NCBI GenBank assembly: GCA_009103225.1
Contig: RHPI01002619.1
Location: 1 to 64,000, forward strand
DNA: 64,000 nucleotides
Reading direction: 5' to 3'
From: Chlorokybus atmophyticus
Lineage: Eukaryota > Plantae > Mesostigma and Chlorokybus algae
The notes under the pieces were generated by a model. That model worked only from the letters and a program-made list of their open reading frames with translations. It was not told the origin of the DNA and ran no database searches. Made by a program: the position numbers and the translations under genes. This document shows, piece after piece, positions 1 to 13,400 of this stretch; the stretch's first letter is position 1, and each line of letters starts with the position of its first letter.

Positions 1-7
1 TTCACCA

Positions 8-3000
8 TTGCAAGTGATCTTTATCAAGTCTGCTACCAATCACGGCACTCCGACATTAGCTACATTTGATGGTCACTCAGTGCCATTCAAATGGAGATTT
101 AAGAGTCAACTTATGGGTACACCATGTACAGCATTGATTGATACTGGTGCAAACCATAATTTTGTTGAACATGCTTGGGTGAAACGTAATAACATTCCTT
201 TCACACCAGTCACGTCATATGTACGTGCTGCTGGTTCCACTCTCAATGCAATGGGAGAGGTAAAAGGGCGTTTTGTTATTAATGGCCATATAACCCGACC
301 AGCCTTCATCGTGGTGGATATTGGTATCCCCGGGGTGGATGTTGTTTTAGGGGAACAATGGCACACTGAAGCAGGTTTACAATTAGACTCTCGAGCCAAT
401 ACGTGCACCCTTCGTAAAGGGAAACGTAGGATGACTTTAACAGCATCTGTACTCGCACGTATACCACGCGATAATGTTCCGCTCCTCTCTGCCATGCAAT
501 TGAAACGTTGCATGCGTAAACGTGAGGAAGTATACTTACTGCACTTACGACAGGTGGAAACACCTGCTGAACAGGCTATCAGTGACCCTGTGGTGCAGTC
601 ACTTACGGAACAATACGCAGATGTATTTCAGGATGAACTCCCAGAGTTGCCTCCCGATCGAAACATACATCATACCATTCCGTTAGAGGAGGGGGCGAAG
701 CCACCTTGGCGGCCTACATACAGGCTAAGTCCCTTAGAACACGCGGAGATGGAAAAACAGCTCAAAAAGTTATTGGCCAAAGGTTTAATAACAAAGAGCA
801 TATCTCCTTTTTGTGCACCAATTTTGTTTGTGCCCAAACAGAATGGCAAGCTACGCATGTGTATTGACTACCGTGCGTTGAACAAGGTCACTGTGAAAAA
901 CAGATACCCTTTGCCTCGGATTGATGATTTGTTTGATAAGCTGTCAGGTGCAACAGTGTTCAGCACGCTGGATTTGACCAGTGGTTATCATCAACTCAAA
1001 ATCCACCCGTCAGATATACAAAAAACTGCATTTCGCACCCCACTAGGACACTTTGAGTATAAAGTGTTACCATTTGGGTTAACAAATGCACCGGCTACAT
1101 TTCAGACAGCAATGAACGCGGTATTTGCTGATGAATTGTACAAGTTTGTACTGGTATATCTAGACGACATTATTGTGTTCAGCAAAACTCGGGAGGACCA
1201 CCACAAACATGTGGAATTGGTTCTAGCTAAATTACGCGAACACAAATTCTATGCCAACCTGTCCAAATGCAACTTTGCAAAGGATGATTCACCCTTTTTA
1301 GGGCATGTGATTGGCAAAGAAGGATTGAAACCAGGTCCTCAAAAGGTGTGTGCGGTAAAGGATTGGCCACCACCCAAGGATGTACATCAGTTACGTGCTT
1401 TCTTGGGGCTAGCCAATTATTTCCGCAAGTTCATGCGAGCATATTCTGGCATGGCAAATCCTTTAACATCTTTACTAAGAAAAGATGTTAAATTTGTGTG
1501 GACGGAGGCACACGCGGTTGCTTTTACACGCATTAAAGATGCATTAACACAAGCCCCTGTGTTAGCCTTCCCCGACCACACCAATCCTTTTGTGGTGATC
1601 AGTGATGCTTCCACCATTGGGTGTGGGGCAGTCCTTCTACAGGATGACAGACTATGTGCATATGAAAGCAGAAAGTTCATTCCTGCTGAACGAAATTACA
1701 CAACCACTGAGCAGGAATTGCTCGGGGTGGTGCACGCGCTGCGCACATGGCGTTGCTACTTGGAAGGGGTGGAGTTTTCAGTGATTACTGATCACAACCC
1801 GCTCACATTCTTTCATACGCAACAAAATCTGTCGAGGCGGCAAGCTAGGTGGAATGAATTCATTTCTCGTTTCACTTTCACTTGGCAATACCGTCCGGGT
1901 CGCACCAATGTGGCGGATCCACTCAGTCGCAGCCCTGCTCTTTTGGCACTTACGCGCTCTCGAAGTACGCGTAATGTACAGCAGCCTGAAGATCCTTTCT
2001 TAAAAGAAGTGTCCACAGGTTATAACTTAGATGATTGGTTTAGCAGTCAAACCAATCTGCAACAGCTTACTGCTGTTAGCAATCTGTGGTATAAAGGGGA
2101 GCAGTTGGCAATTCCCAACTCGGGCGACTTGCGTAAGCAATGCTTACTTTCAGTGCATGACCCGCCGTATGCTGGGCATTTGGGGAAACACAAAACACTC
2201 AAATCTGCGCAACAGTTATACCGGTGGCCGTCAATGTCAGCTGACGTGGATCAATATGTTCGCACATGTGACGTGTGTCAACGTAATAAGCCACTACGAC
2301 AAGAACAAGCGGGATTGCTTAAACCATTGGCAATTCCAGAACAAAAGTGGGATAGTGTCAGTATGGATTTGATTACTGACCTACCTGAAACAGCAGCTAA
2401 ATACACTGCTATTGTGGTTTTTGTCGACCGTTTGACTAACATGGTGCATTTTGCCCCGTGTTGCACAACTGTAAGTGCACGGGACTTGGCACACTTATTT
2501 GTGTCCACGGTCTTTCGCGTTCACGGTATACCGCGTGAACTTGTCACAGATCCTCGTTTTGTCTCCAAGTTTTGGCGAGAAGTCTGTGAATTGTTGGGGG
2601 TAAAACAAAGCATGTCGACTGCTTTCCACCCGCAAACGGACGGTCAAACTGAGCGAGCAAATCAAATACTGGAAGAAATGCTTCGCCACTATGTGGCTCC
2701 TAATCATGCTGATTGGGACAGGTACTTGCCAATGGCAGAGTTCGCTGTGAACAACGCGTGGCAAGAAAGTGTAAAGGAAACCCCATTTTTCTTAAATTAT
2801 GGGATTCGCCCAAACACACCAGCGTCATTGCGTGTACCTCGCAATGCCCTGACTGTGCCAGCGGCAAAGGAATTTGCCACTAATATGCAAGAAAATTTGG
2901 CTCGAGCCAAGCTGTGTCTGTCAGAAGCACAGGACAGGCAAAAAGCTTATGCTGATACACATCGAAAAATGGCCACTTTCGATGTCAGCGATAAAGTTTT

Positions 3001-3406
3001 GCTTAATGCAAAAAACATAACCATCAAAGGTACGGGTGCTCGCAAGTTGCTGCCCCGATGGTTAGGTCCTTTCTCTATCACTGATAGAGTTGGTACGCAC
3101 GCTTATCGACTGCAATTGCCCCCAAGTGTGCGTATACACAACGTGTTCCATGTGAACTTGTTGAAACCTTACCGCTCAGACGGTAGAACACAGCCTCCAC
3201 CACCGCCAGTTGAGGTGGACAGCGAGCTCGAATACGAGGTGGAAGCTATATTGAACCATAAGCTAAATGGTCGAGGACGCGCAACTCGCTATTTGGTGAA
3301 ATGGAAAGGGTATGGCCCGGAACATAACAGTTGGGAGCCCGACAGGCATCTTACGCACTGCCGCGAGTTGCTTCGAGCTTATTGGGATTCATGTCCTGTC
3401 CCATAA
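8..3406 (+). mobile_element. Ty3/gypsy (chromovirus) LTR retrotransposon pol ORF: protease, RT, RNase H, integrase, chromodomain; 5' part lies outside the window
   Basis: Protease ALIDTGA; RT motifs LRMCIDYRALN, LPFGL and YLDDII; RNase H SDAS, EQELLGVV, TDH, ADPLSR; integrase HHCC (HDPPYAGH...CDVC), SMDLITDLP, HPQTDGQTER, GPF; C-terminal chromodomain EYEVEAIL...YLVKWKGYGPEHNSWEP. The frame is open back to the window start. Confidence 0.97.
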
Positions 3407-3539
3407 ACTGTGGGCTTGGGTTTATGACAGACTGGCAGTGCAGTTTTATTACCACCCTGTCATTTCCTGCTATCTCACTGGTTACAATTACTCGAAATCA
3501 AGTCTGATCAACTTGAGTTCAACGAGGACGTTAAAAACC

Positions 3540-4051
3540 TAAGTGGGGGGGAATGTAACGGGAGCAATAATAATAGGGGTATTATTGCTACATAAATAAC
3601 ACATTTTGTATGAATAAGTATTTAAATATGCTTATTTATACCTCTTTTCTACGGTTCCTCGCTTATTAAACGCTATGATGCTTTATCATAGCTTAAATAA
3701 GTCCCAATGGGTGTAGAACCGCTTATTCAAGCCTATTTAATGTCACATTTGATATAATGTGATGACTATCTCGTTAGGTACCTTATCGATATGTACCTTA
3801 TCTGAGCTGTGATTGGCTCACGCTAGATTTCCTAACTACCCTATCTGTACGGTTGATATCTAGTTGTGAGTTAATTATCGAGAGGTATATAGTTGATATA
3901 CTCTTGATATAAAAGGTCACATCAATCTGATGTGGGAACTTTCAGTTCTCTGCTCAGTGGCGGCCACGCCGTTGAAAGGCTTGTCATAGGCGGTGTGGGT
4001 GTTGGGGTAGAGGATTAAAGGGGCATCATCGGCGACGGTGGTGCTGTTACA
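3540..4051 (+). mobile_element. Polypurine tract (about 3540-3553) and candidate 3' LTR (3554-4051) of the gypsy element
   Basis: AAGTGGGGGGGAA is followed directly by TGTAAC at 3554. The inverse terminus GTTACA ends at 4051. TATAAAAG at 3908 is followed by an Inr-like TCAGTT. The right end is unverified because the 5' LTR is outside the window. Confidence 0.55.
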
Positions 4052-4554
4052 GCAGTTGCAGACTCTCAGTAAGAGAGTCTATCAAAACAAAAGCTTTGAG
4101 CCACTCTGGTTAAAGACGCTTGCACCTCCACCATCATCCCCGTCTTAACTAGCTTTTATTTGTTTCTCAACAAATACTTTGTGCACGCATTGTTTGCTTT
4201 TATTTGTTTTCTCGCAATTGTACGTGCATTGCCCCCCTTCTCCTCTCACTTTACTGCATATTGTGGCATATCGCTTGCATGCTTAGCTGGGCTGCATATC
4301 ATTTATGTAATTGAGATGCAGCCTAGCAGGCGTGGCATAAACAATTAAAAAACAAAAAGCATGAGCCTACTGTAGCTAATGTGCATAATAGCAATAATTT
4401 AATGAACAGCCCAAACTGAGCCACATCACAAATTGAACAATAAGGCTATGTGGTTGACAAAGTTTCATAATGTTTAGCATGCGGAATTCGTGGTGATTGA
4501 ATATGTTGTGCACATCATACTTCAGGTGAAGTAGCAATATCAAGCAAAATGCAT

Positions 4555-4848
4555 GCCGAACACAGATTGTGACGATTTTTAAATGGTAAAGTGCCAAAAA
4601 ATTGGGATATATCACATTGCATTAAAATTCAATAAAACAAAATTACAGAGCTCAACTATTAGCATGTTACAGTTTCAATAGGGTTCATAGCTTGTAACAT
4701 CCGCCGAACACAGATTGTGACGATTTTTAATGGTAAAGTGCCAAAAAATTGGGATATATCACATTGCACTAAAATTCAATAAAATAACATTACAGAGCTC
4801 AACTATTAGCATGTTACAGTTTCAATAGGGTTCATAGCTTGTAACATC
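4555..4848. repeat. Tandem duplication with a 148-bp period (4555-4701 and 4703-4848), AT-rich
   Basis: Two near-identical copies of gccgaacacagattgtgacg...gggttcatagcttgtaacatc with a few substitutions or indels. Confidence 0.92.
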
Positions 4849-5496
4849 TCACAACGCAAAAGTTGCTTTGTGATCATAGTTGATAATGTTTGCAGCATCA
4901 TAAAAGCATGTTGTGGTTTTTGCAGCATAAGCACAGTGTTGTAACGTTTTTCAACTGCTTACCACACACCACAACTACTTCAACATGTACCAATATATAT
5001 CAATCTTTTGCTTAAGGTCAATGGAGGTGTTGATATTGTCATGATGAGAGTTGTCGAGGCCGATTTTTGGAGTAATTACTTTCGTTATAGGCAATTGCGC
5101 TATTTTCATATTTACTTTAAGATAATGACACATTTTGATGTCATTGCTCGTTTGAACCAATGCATATAAACTTAATTAAGTCTACACACATGCATTTATA
5201 CAAGGTATATCTATAATAGCAAATACTTAAATAACTTAATTTGTAATATATGACTCAACGGTAGCTACTGTCCATGTCGTACCGGGTGCACGTTGAGCTG
5301 CTCAGCCTAAGCAATGTGTTGTAGCATTTTAGTATTTGATTATTTTGCATGTTGCACAGTACGCATGCCGCAATACGCAATACATCCTGCTCGCCGAGCT
5401 GGTATCGTTGGTCACGAGACGCTTAAAGTTGGTGGTGCCTCATGACTAACATTACGCCCGCATGTGGCTGTAATATGATGTTAAAACAGGTCCCAT

Positions 5497-5547
5497 TGCT
5501 TCAATTGCAACGAACGTGGCCACTTAGCATGTGACTATAGCAAACCT
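5497..5547 (+). pseudogene. Degenerate gag-type CCHC zinc-knuckle remnant
   Basis: Translates CFNCNERGHLACDYSKP (CX2CX4HX4C with the last Cys as Tyr, TGT to TAT). In-frame stops just upstream. Confidence 0.5.
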
Positions 5548-7424
5548 TGTGCGAACATAGCCCAATAATGCGCTTAGATTAATACTATGCAGTGGAGCAG
5601 GTAAACCAGCAGGCGTGACAATGAAAAAAGCGGTCCTCACGCCATACTTTAAGGTGCAATCTTGCAATACAGTAGAATGCCGCATTCCACAATGTTGTGT
5701 AAGTCACCTGCGTTGGAAATCTTTCTACCTAAGGGCTTTGCTGCTGTTGGTGTCTGTATGCCTGCGACTTTATTAATGATTCAATCATTTCCTTGGGTAA
5801 TGCTTCAAGTATGTAACGCAAGCCCAAATAGTATACGTACCAGTGCTTGCGCTCGTCGCAAATGTGGCGGCGAGCGCTAGCATTTGATCGTTAAGTTTGC
5901 CCAGTGCCAAGTATTGCGACCTCAATTAATTCAAGTGCCGTACTTGGCACGACATAGTAATATTGCTTTTTAGTAAACAATTAATTCAATACATGCGATT
6001 ACTGTAATTGTTAAGTCAAAAATAACGCAATCCGAGGGTCATTTGTACAAAATCATTAATAAATCCAACTGAAAGACGTATGTTGTAAACATTGAAATGT
6101 ACAGGTTTTGCTTGTGACAATAATGCTTCAAAAAGTGAACAACGCAGCCGTATAGATTGGTCACATGCTATAAATCTCAAATTACGTGGAGATGTGTACC
6201 TGTTGGGTCAACTTTGAGTTGATATTTTGAAAGTATACAAATTAAGTCAGCTATACTATTGATGAAGTCATATTGAATAACAAGAACGCATCAAAAGATT
6301 TATCAGAGAATGACGACGTGAGCCAATAGTTTGGCTGCAAGCCAACTTGCGCATAAGGGATATGTTGATGCAAGGACCAAGTCAATAAAACTGGATTCAA
6401 CGGTCAACAATGCAATTCAACAATTGAACCATGGCATGCATCTCTAATCATTGAATACATCTACAATGGATGTCAGTTTAGCTAATCGAACGGCACAAGC
6501 AATCAAGGAATTTCTGCGTGTGCAACATTGGCGCCTTAACCATTGCCATGGCAGTAAAAGTCGCTTCCATAGGTGGAGCCACACGCCATGTATAATTCCC
6601 ATAACCACACATGTGACAACATGTCAACTCTATGATGCATCCACATGCCTATGCAAGCAATGTTTGATCTGAAACTTTTTGGACACTTATGCCAAACTAC
6701 AAATGCTAAATTCTTTACGTATATTGAGATGATGTGTCAACTACTCATCTGTGTAAACAACATCATTATTGCAGTGTTTGCCCCTGTTCATTAATGCAGT
6801 GATGATCAACCGGCTCTTCCCCTGCATTACTATGGTGTCATTGCTCTATACATAAACGTGTTTAACATGAAAACAACTCATATAAGAGTTGCGTAAAGCA
6901 AACTTAGTGCTGATTGCCGGTGCTTGTCTCGCGCAATTGCTGGTTAGTAATCGCGGCAATTTTCAACAACGGTGCCATCCACGCCCAAGTGGGTGGGCAT
7001 TTTAACACAATCGCCACTTTACTAGTTGGTCAACCTGGATTGCATGAAAACCGGCACAATCGGTTGCAAACAATACAGGATGTGTGCACATACGGAAGCA
7101 GTAGCAATCAATGCACAGTCATGATGTATGTACGTACCCCCGTAGGCAATGGACTGATACATACTGGTTGCATACAGCTGCAACTCAGTTGAATTTGGCC
7201 ACAAACGCACAATTGGCCAAGTAAACAACCTACCTGGCATTGCAATCACAATCCTGGACATCAGCGAAGATGCATCAACAGCAACGTCGTGCTGTTAACC
7301 TGCCTTGGCAGGTTAACAGTGCAGCAGCCAATAACCCACAATGTCTCCAGCTCATATACAATCAGCTACTCATACTCACTATACATTGTCAAACCAGCAA
7401 TGTCAACAGGGAGGGAAAAGCGCA

Positions 7425-10400
7425 TTAGGGAGCCTGCGACAGCCCTAATGCCGAGCGTCTGTCTGAAGCGTTGGTGTCTGCATTGACCGCTGCAGGCGGG
7501 TTGCTCGACATACCCAGGGAGCTGCCTGCAGGCCTGTTTGGTGATGCGCTAGCAGAAGCAGGCATGTGGCCTGCCTGGGACCCCTCAGAGGCACTACCAG
7601 GACGCGGTGCAGGGTTCCCTGCCGACGATGTCACCTGCATGCCTGAAGGTGTTGGCATACCTGCACCGAAGAGCTTTGTTATGAGTGAATAACACAAGCA
7701 ACGAAGCCAAAACACAACACACAAGTCTCAGCTGCTCTGAGCTTAACCCTGCATTTACCTCGATTGCCACCTGGACGACCACCTGTGTGCGGAGGAGATG
7801 CGGATCCTGACCCAGGATTTGCGGGAAACTGTAGTGACGGCATGGTAGGCGGGGAGCCATACAGAGGTCGACCCAGCGAATGGCTAGGTACTGCTCGTAG
7901 GTTGGCATGAGGAAATGCGCCCTGCCCTGACTTGCCGCTGGCATCAAAGGAGGCACCTGTATTCTTGCCAGCGGGGGAATTGCCCATAGACAACCTGCCT
8001 GTCAAAGCACTTGCACTTGCAGAATGCGCCGGGCTTGACGATTGCATTGCCCAACTCCCTGGGTTGTATGTGGGTAGTCCAGCTGGCTGACCTTGGCTGA
8101 AGTGAGACATCAACGGGCGTGCTGCTGATTCAGCTGGGGGCTGGGAAGAGGGGGCTTGAAACTTCTTCTGCGAACCTCCTTGCAGAGAGCTGTTAGCTTG
8201 ATGCAGCTGGTGGCGAGCACCAGCAGAGGCTAGCTGTGTGTAGCCACCTTGCCTGCTCAAAGCTTCCGGCAACCGAAGCCCAGAAGGCAGATGTGAAGGA
8301 AGGTTACCAACTGCATTCATCCTGTCTGGGGTGCCTGCGCCTAGAGTAGGAGCAGCAAACGGGGTTTGTGTAGTAGGTCTGAGCTTTGCATTGGTTGAAG
8401 AACCTCCAACAGCAGAAGCAGACCGGCCTGGTGCGTTGTTTCTACTGGTGTGTAGTGGGCCTGCATCCTTCGGTGCTAGAGAAGGTGAAGTGCGTCCATG
8501 TGCTGCATTGTTTCCGTCAGCATCAGGCCTTGCATTCCGCCCGTTCGCATTATCTGCAAGGGCACTGCTTCCAGACCTAGAAATGCCAATGGCCAGGCCA
8601 GGATAGGACGCAAAGTGCTGCTGTGCTTGTCCCTGACCATGCTGCTGTGCATCTGTCTGTAGCGAATGTTGTGCCCCCTGCTGGGATGACGAAGACTGCC
8701 CTGGCATTGCGGTAGGTTGCTGATGAGTCGGCTGCTGAGGGGGCTGCTGCTGCTGCTGCTGCTGCTGCAGGTGTTGCTGCTGCTGCTGGAAATGCTGCTG
8801 CTGCTGCTGCTGCTGCGATGAGTGCTGCTGTTGCTGCTGCTGGGCCTGCTGCTGCTGCTGCTGAACTTGCTGCAACTGGTGTTGATGCTGGTGAGAGGAT
8901 GGCTGCTGTGGCGCCGGCTGTTGAGCCATGTGCATTTGGCCTTGCCCCTGCTGTTGCGGGGGCGCCTGTTGTCCCTGCGCCTGTGCCTGCTGTGGTTGCT
9001 GCTGCGGTTGTTGCTGCTGCTGCTGCACAGATGGATGTTGAGAGGCCGCCGAGGGTTGAAAACTGGGTTGACCGTGAGGTGCCGAGGCGGTACCTGATCT
9101 AAACTGCTGAGGGGGATGCTGGTGCTCCGCATGCGATGAAATGGCAGGCGCCCCTGCCGCAACCTCCAATTGCGGTTGCGGCTTTGGTTGCAATGCAGGG
9201 AGCTGGGATGGCTGCTGCTGCGCAGGCTGTGGTTGCTGGTGTGCGGGGGACTGCGAATGCATTGCAGCTGGGAAGGAAGCAGATGCTGCACGCTGATGTT
9301 GCTGTTGCGCGGCAAGCGTTATTGGTTGCGAAGACTGCTTCTGCACCCGCTGCGTAGGCTGCTGTGCCTGAGACTGCTTCTGCGAGGCAGGAGCGCCCTG
9401 CTGCCTTGCGTCATGCCTCTGCGGAGTAGTCAACTGAGAGGACTGCTGGGCCGGCTGCTGCAGCGCTGTTTGTAGAACCTGTTGCGCCTGTTGCTGAGCC
9501 TGCTGGTGTTGCTGCACCTGCTGCTGCAGATACTGTTGCTGTGCTTGTTGCTGCGCATGCTGCTGCTGCAAAACGAATTGCTGATGCCTTAGCTGCTGAT
9601 GCTGCTGCTGTTGGAGCTGCAGCTGCTGCTGCAGTTGCTTGCGCTTGGCCGCTGTATCCAACCGCTGAGTACCAGTGCGTCCAGTTGGGGCCTCCCCACC
9701 TTCTGTGTGTTTATTCTGCGTGCGTCCTGAACCAGAGACGGCCGCGCTGGAGGTGGGCGCAGTTTCTGCACCAGTGGAAGCATGCCTGCTTGCAGCCGTA
9801 TGTGGGCCGGATGCTGAAGGAAGAGCACCAAGGTGGCCCTGGTACTGTCCATGCGGTAAGCCCGCAACTAGGCCCGGCGTGGCAGGTGTACCTTCCATCG
9901 TACGTGAATGCGCACCTTCACCGTCAGGCCTCTGTAGCGCCGGCTGCGAAACATGGTGCGGCTGACTGTGCTGCATATGCGACAGCGTGGAGGGTTGCGG
10001 TGGTTGCTGGCGCAGTGACTGCTGCAAACTTTGCGATGAATGCTGCGCTGGCTGCTGTGGGTGGGCAGAAGACTTGGGAGGCGCCTGCTGGGTTTGCTGT
10101 GCGGACGCTGTCTGATGCTGCGGAACAGAGGACGGCTGTTGCCCAGCTTGGGACTGTTGCCTCTGTGCCTGTGGCGTTGCCTGCATTTGCGACGGCAATG
10201 GAGCTGGCGGCTGCACGGCTGCTTGTGTGGCGGGTGATTGTGGATGCGGACCAGAGGGGGACATATGTGGGATGAGATGGGGATGAAGAGCACCTCCATA
10301 GAATGGTGGTCCAAAGAACTGCGCAGCCTGCAAGTGGGAAGGACTAGTCAGTCCTGATGGAAGGATAGAGTGGTAGCACAGAGCAAGGAATCTGCTTGGC

Positions 10401-13400
10401 ATACCTGTTGCGTTGCCAGATGCGGCGGTGGGGCAGCACCATACGGAGTATGGCCAAACCGCCCCGGTGGAAAAGAGAAAGGTGGGAATCCACCCTGTTG
10501 TATCATGGCCAGTGACTGCAGCTGCTGAGCGTACTGAGCCTGTACCTGCGCACTTGATGCATTCGCTTGAGTGGCTGCGGCTGCACTAGCTGCCGCGGAT
10601 TGTGCTTGAGAACCACCTGTAGCAGCTGAGGTAGGAGGCTGGAACAGGAACGCAGCTCCCTTGGGTGGACCAGATTGCTTCTGTGGTGGCTCCCACGCAC
10701 TGGCCTCTTTGGGAGCTTCTGCGGTGGCGGCCACAGCTGGTGGAATCATCACAGGGGCAGTACCAGCTGCTGATGGGTTCGATGTCGCGGACGCACCAAC
10801 GCCACTGCGGTCATCTGGGAGAGGCGATGCGCCCACAGGCCTAAGGTGCCCCACACTTGTTTCTGGTTGCGAAGACTGTGCTGGAAACAACGAGTCCCCT
10901 GGGGCCATGGGAATGCTGAGGTTGTAGCCTCCAGGTGGGCGGTAAAGGTTGCTGATGGCACCGCCATACTGCTGATACACTTGATGGCGGGACATCTGCT
11001 GGTACTGATCAATCAGCCTTGCAATATAAACATGAGTGGCACAGCGCTTGAATGGCTGCCGAAGTTGGCCAAGGAATGAAGGTGGAACCGGCTGCAGACA
11101 CACAAACGAATGGTTACAACAAGGCATACGTTGGTAGTGCACAAGTACAAGAGCAACTTACAGGTGTTGATGCTCCGCTCTGGTCATCTCGTGCAGCTTG
11201 CCCAACAGGCCAGGGCATAGGCAGCAGCCCGCCAGTGCTGCTATAATACCTGTTGTCAAAAGCTCAGTTGTCATGACCTGGTAATAGATATCAAGTACTT
11301 GCGACTCTTGGAGTAAACTGCGAACTAAATGTTGATGTTGCTCTGAGATTTTTCTTACCCTAAAGGCGGCGGTAAAGCTCCTGGCCATCCCGGCAGAGGA
11401 AGCGACATCTGCACTCCTCCTTGCGCTGCAGCCCCCGACATGGAATTGCCATTTGCGCCAGCAGATGAACCTGTTGACCAATGAAACACGTCATGCAGCT
11501 GATGCAGGATGGACACTAGCACCGCAAGCGCTCATGCGTGCAGCATCATTGTTCAACTTGTCGTTAGCAAGACAGTAGCCGGTACGCATTCGCGGCGAAT
11601 GCGCACCGGGTCTACCGGGCATTATCAGTATGCCATGTAATGACGATACCTAATCTTTGGTTGGATCGCGTCTCACCCTTGACGCCTTTGCGGCTCTGCC
11701 CTTCACGCTTGACCTCAACTCCTGATCCAGGCCAGCGCTCGTCTTTTGGTTGGGATGCCAGATCCGTCTGCCAGTGGCACTTGTCAGCGCAAATGTTGCG
11801 CATGTCCAGCATGACACTAGCATCCAAGCAACCCGCTTACCGCTGCACCCTCTACTGCTTCAGCTCGTGATGATGACATCCTGGGCGCAGAAAACATGGA
11901 GGACGAGGTGCCAACTGCGCCACTGCCAGGCAAAGCTGTCCTGCCACTTGTTGCAGCTGCTGGCTGCCGCAACTGCATGTACAACTGGTCAACCAGCTGT
12001 CACTGCTACTCATGCAATGACATAGGCTATCGCATCTATCAAACGACTTACCAAGAACTCAACATTGAACTTCCCGGATGCTCCCTTCTCTGCAGATGGA
12101 GGCACTGGCATCTGCTGAGACCTGCAACGCATGAACCCAACTTTGCATCATGGCTCAGGCAAATAAGGCAGGCGCAGCCAGCATGCGAACACTCCAGTTG
12201 GTGCATAGCTGGATGGCAATCATCCAAAGCTTACGGACACAAAACATAAGCAAAACACATGCCTGCGTTTGCCCAGCTCCAGAAGTGTGGTTGCATCTGC
12301 TCCAGCAGGATACCCCGCTGTCACTCCACCACCCATAGCAAACCCTGAGGCTGCGCCAGCTGCGCTGACACCAATATCTGCATGTGGCAAGGCACTAGCC
12401 TGGGCACCAAGCGATGCTGATGCTGCAGAAGCAGCTGCGCCTCCTTTATTTCTGTCACTCGCCCCAGAGGACTTTCGCTGTGGCGACTGATGCTTAACAA
12501 GCTGGGAAGGTAGTTTGCCCACAGTCACAGACTCTGGTGCCCGCGGTATCTCACCAGGCTCCAGTTTATGCACCGATGCCAATGTCGCAGCCACAGTTGC
12601 ACTTGGGGTTCGACGAAGGGCGACAGCAGAGGCAGCACCTGCTTGTTCTGCTTTGACCGCAGTGCCAGGAGCCACAGCCATACTCGCCAATCCTTCATCT
12701 TTGATGCGAGGACGCTGCCGTTTCCTGCTCTTGACTGGCAAAGCTGCATACACCCCAATAACCATTAGCTAAACCAAACCAACGCACTGCCTGCTGATGG
12801 TTAATTGACTGAATTATACAGCACAATGCAGACTTGTTGCACAACCCGCAAATCCATATCCAACCCTCGGAGCAACTTCTCAATGACGCCGTCAGGGACT
12901 AGTACTCACCTGCAACTGTAGACCCAGTAGTCCCTTGAGCAGCTGCCAGAGGTGGAGCTGCCAATGCAGATGCAGGTGCTGGCGCACCAACTTTGGCACT
13001 TGACGCTGGTGCTGCAGCAACCGGTGCAGCAGGCAAGGCACAAACTGGCCCGGCGATAGGGCCTGGTGCCGTGCCCGCTGATGTTGGGCAGGGCACAGCG
13101 CCTCCCGCAGGAGCTGGCCCATCCTCAATCTTCTTGGCGGCCTCTCCAATCATGTTGGCCAAATCGAACAATGCCTCGGCCACTTCCGCTTCGCAATCAG
13201 TTGGTGGCTAGCACAGTTCACACATTTCGTCATCATCAAACCAACAACACGAAGACGTTAATACAGAACGCTTACTACTGCAAGTGTGTAGCATACCTGC
13301 AAGCCTTCATCGGAAGGAGTTTTCCGCACCAATGCTTTCGCAAGTTTTGCGCGCGGTTTGGCAACTGCGGGCTGCACGCCAAAACATGTTACAACTAAGG

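Noticed and set aside
8331-10314. Many long overlapping ORFs on both strands (Ala-, Leu- and Ser-rich)
   Set aside because: Shadow frames of the CAG-rich TIC-like exon, with no independent motifs.
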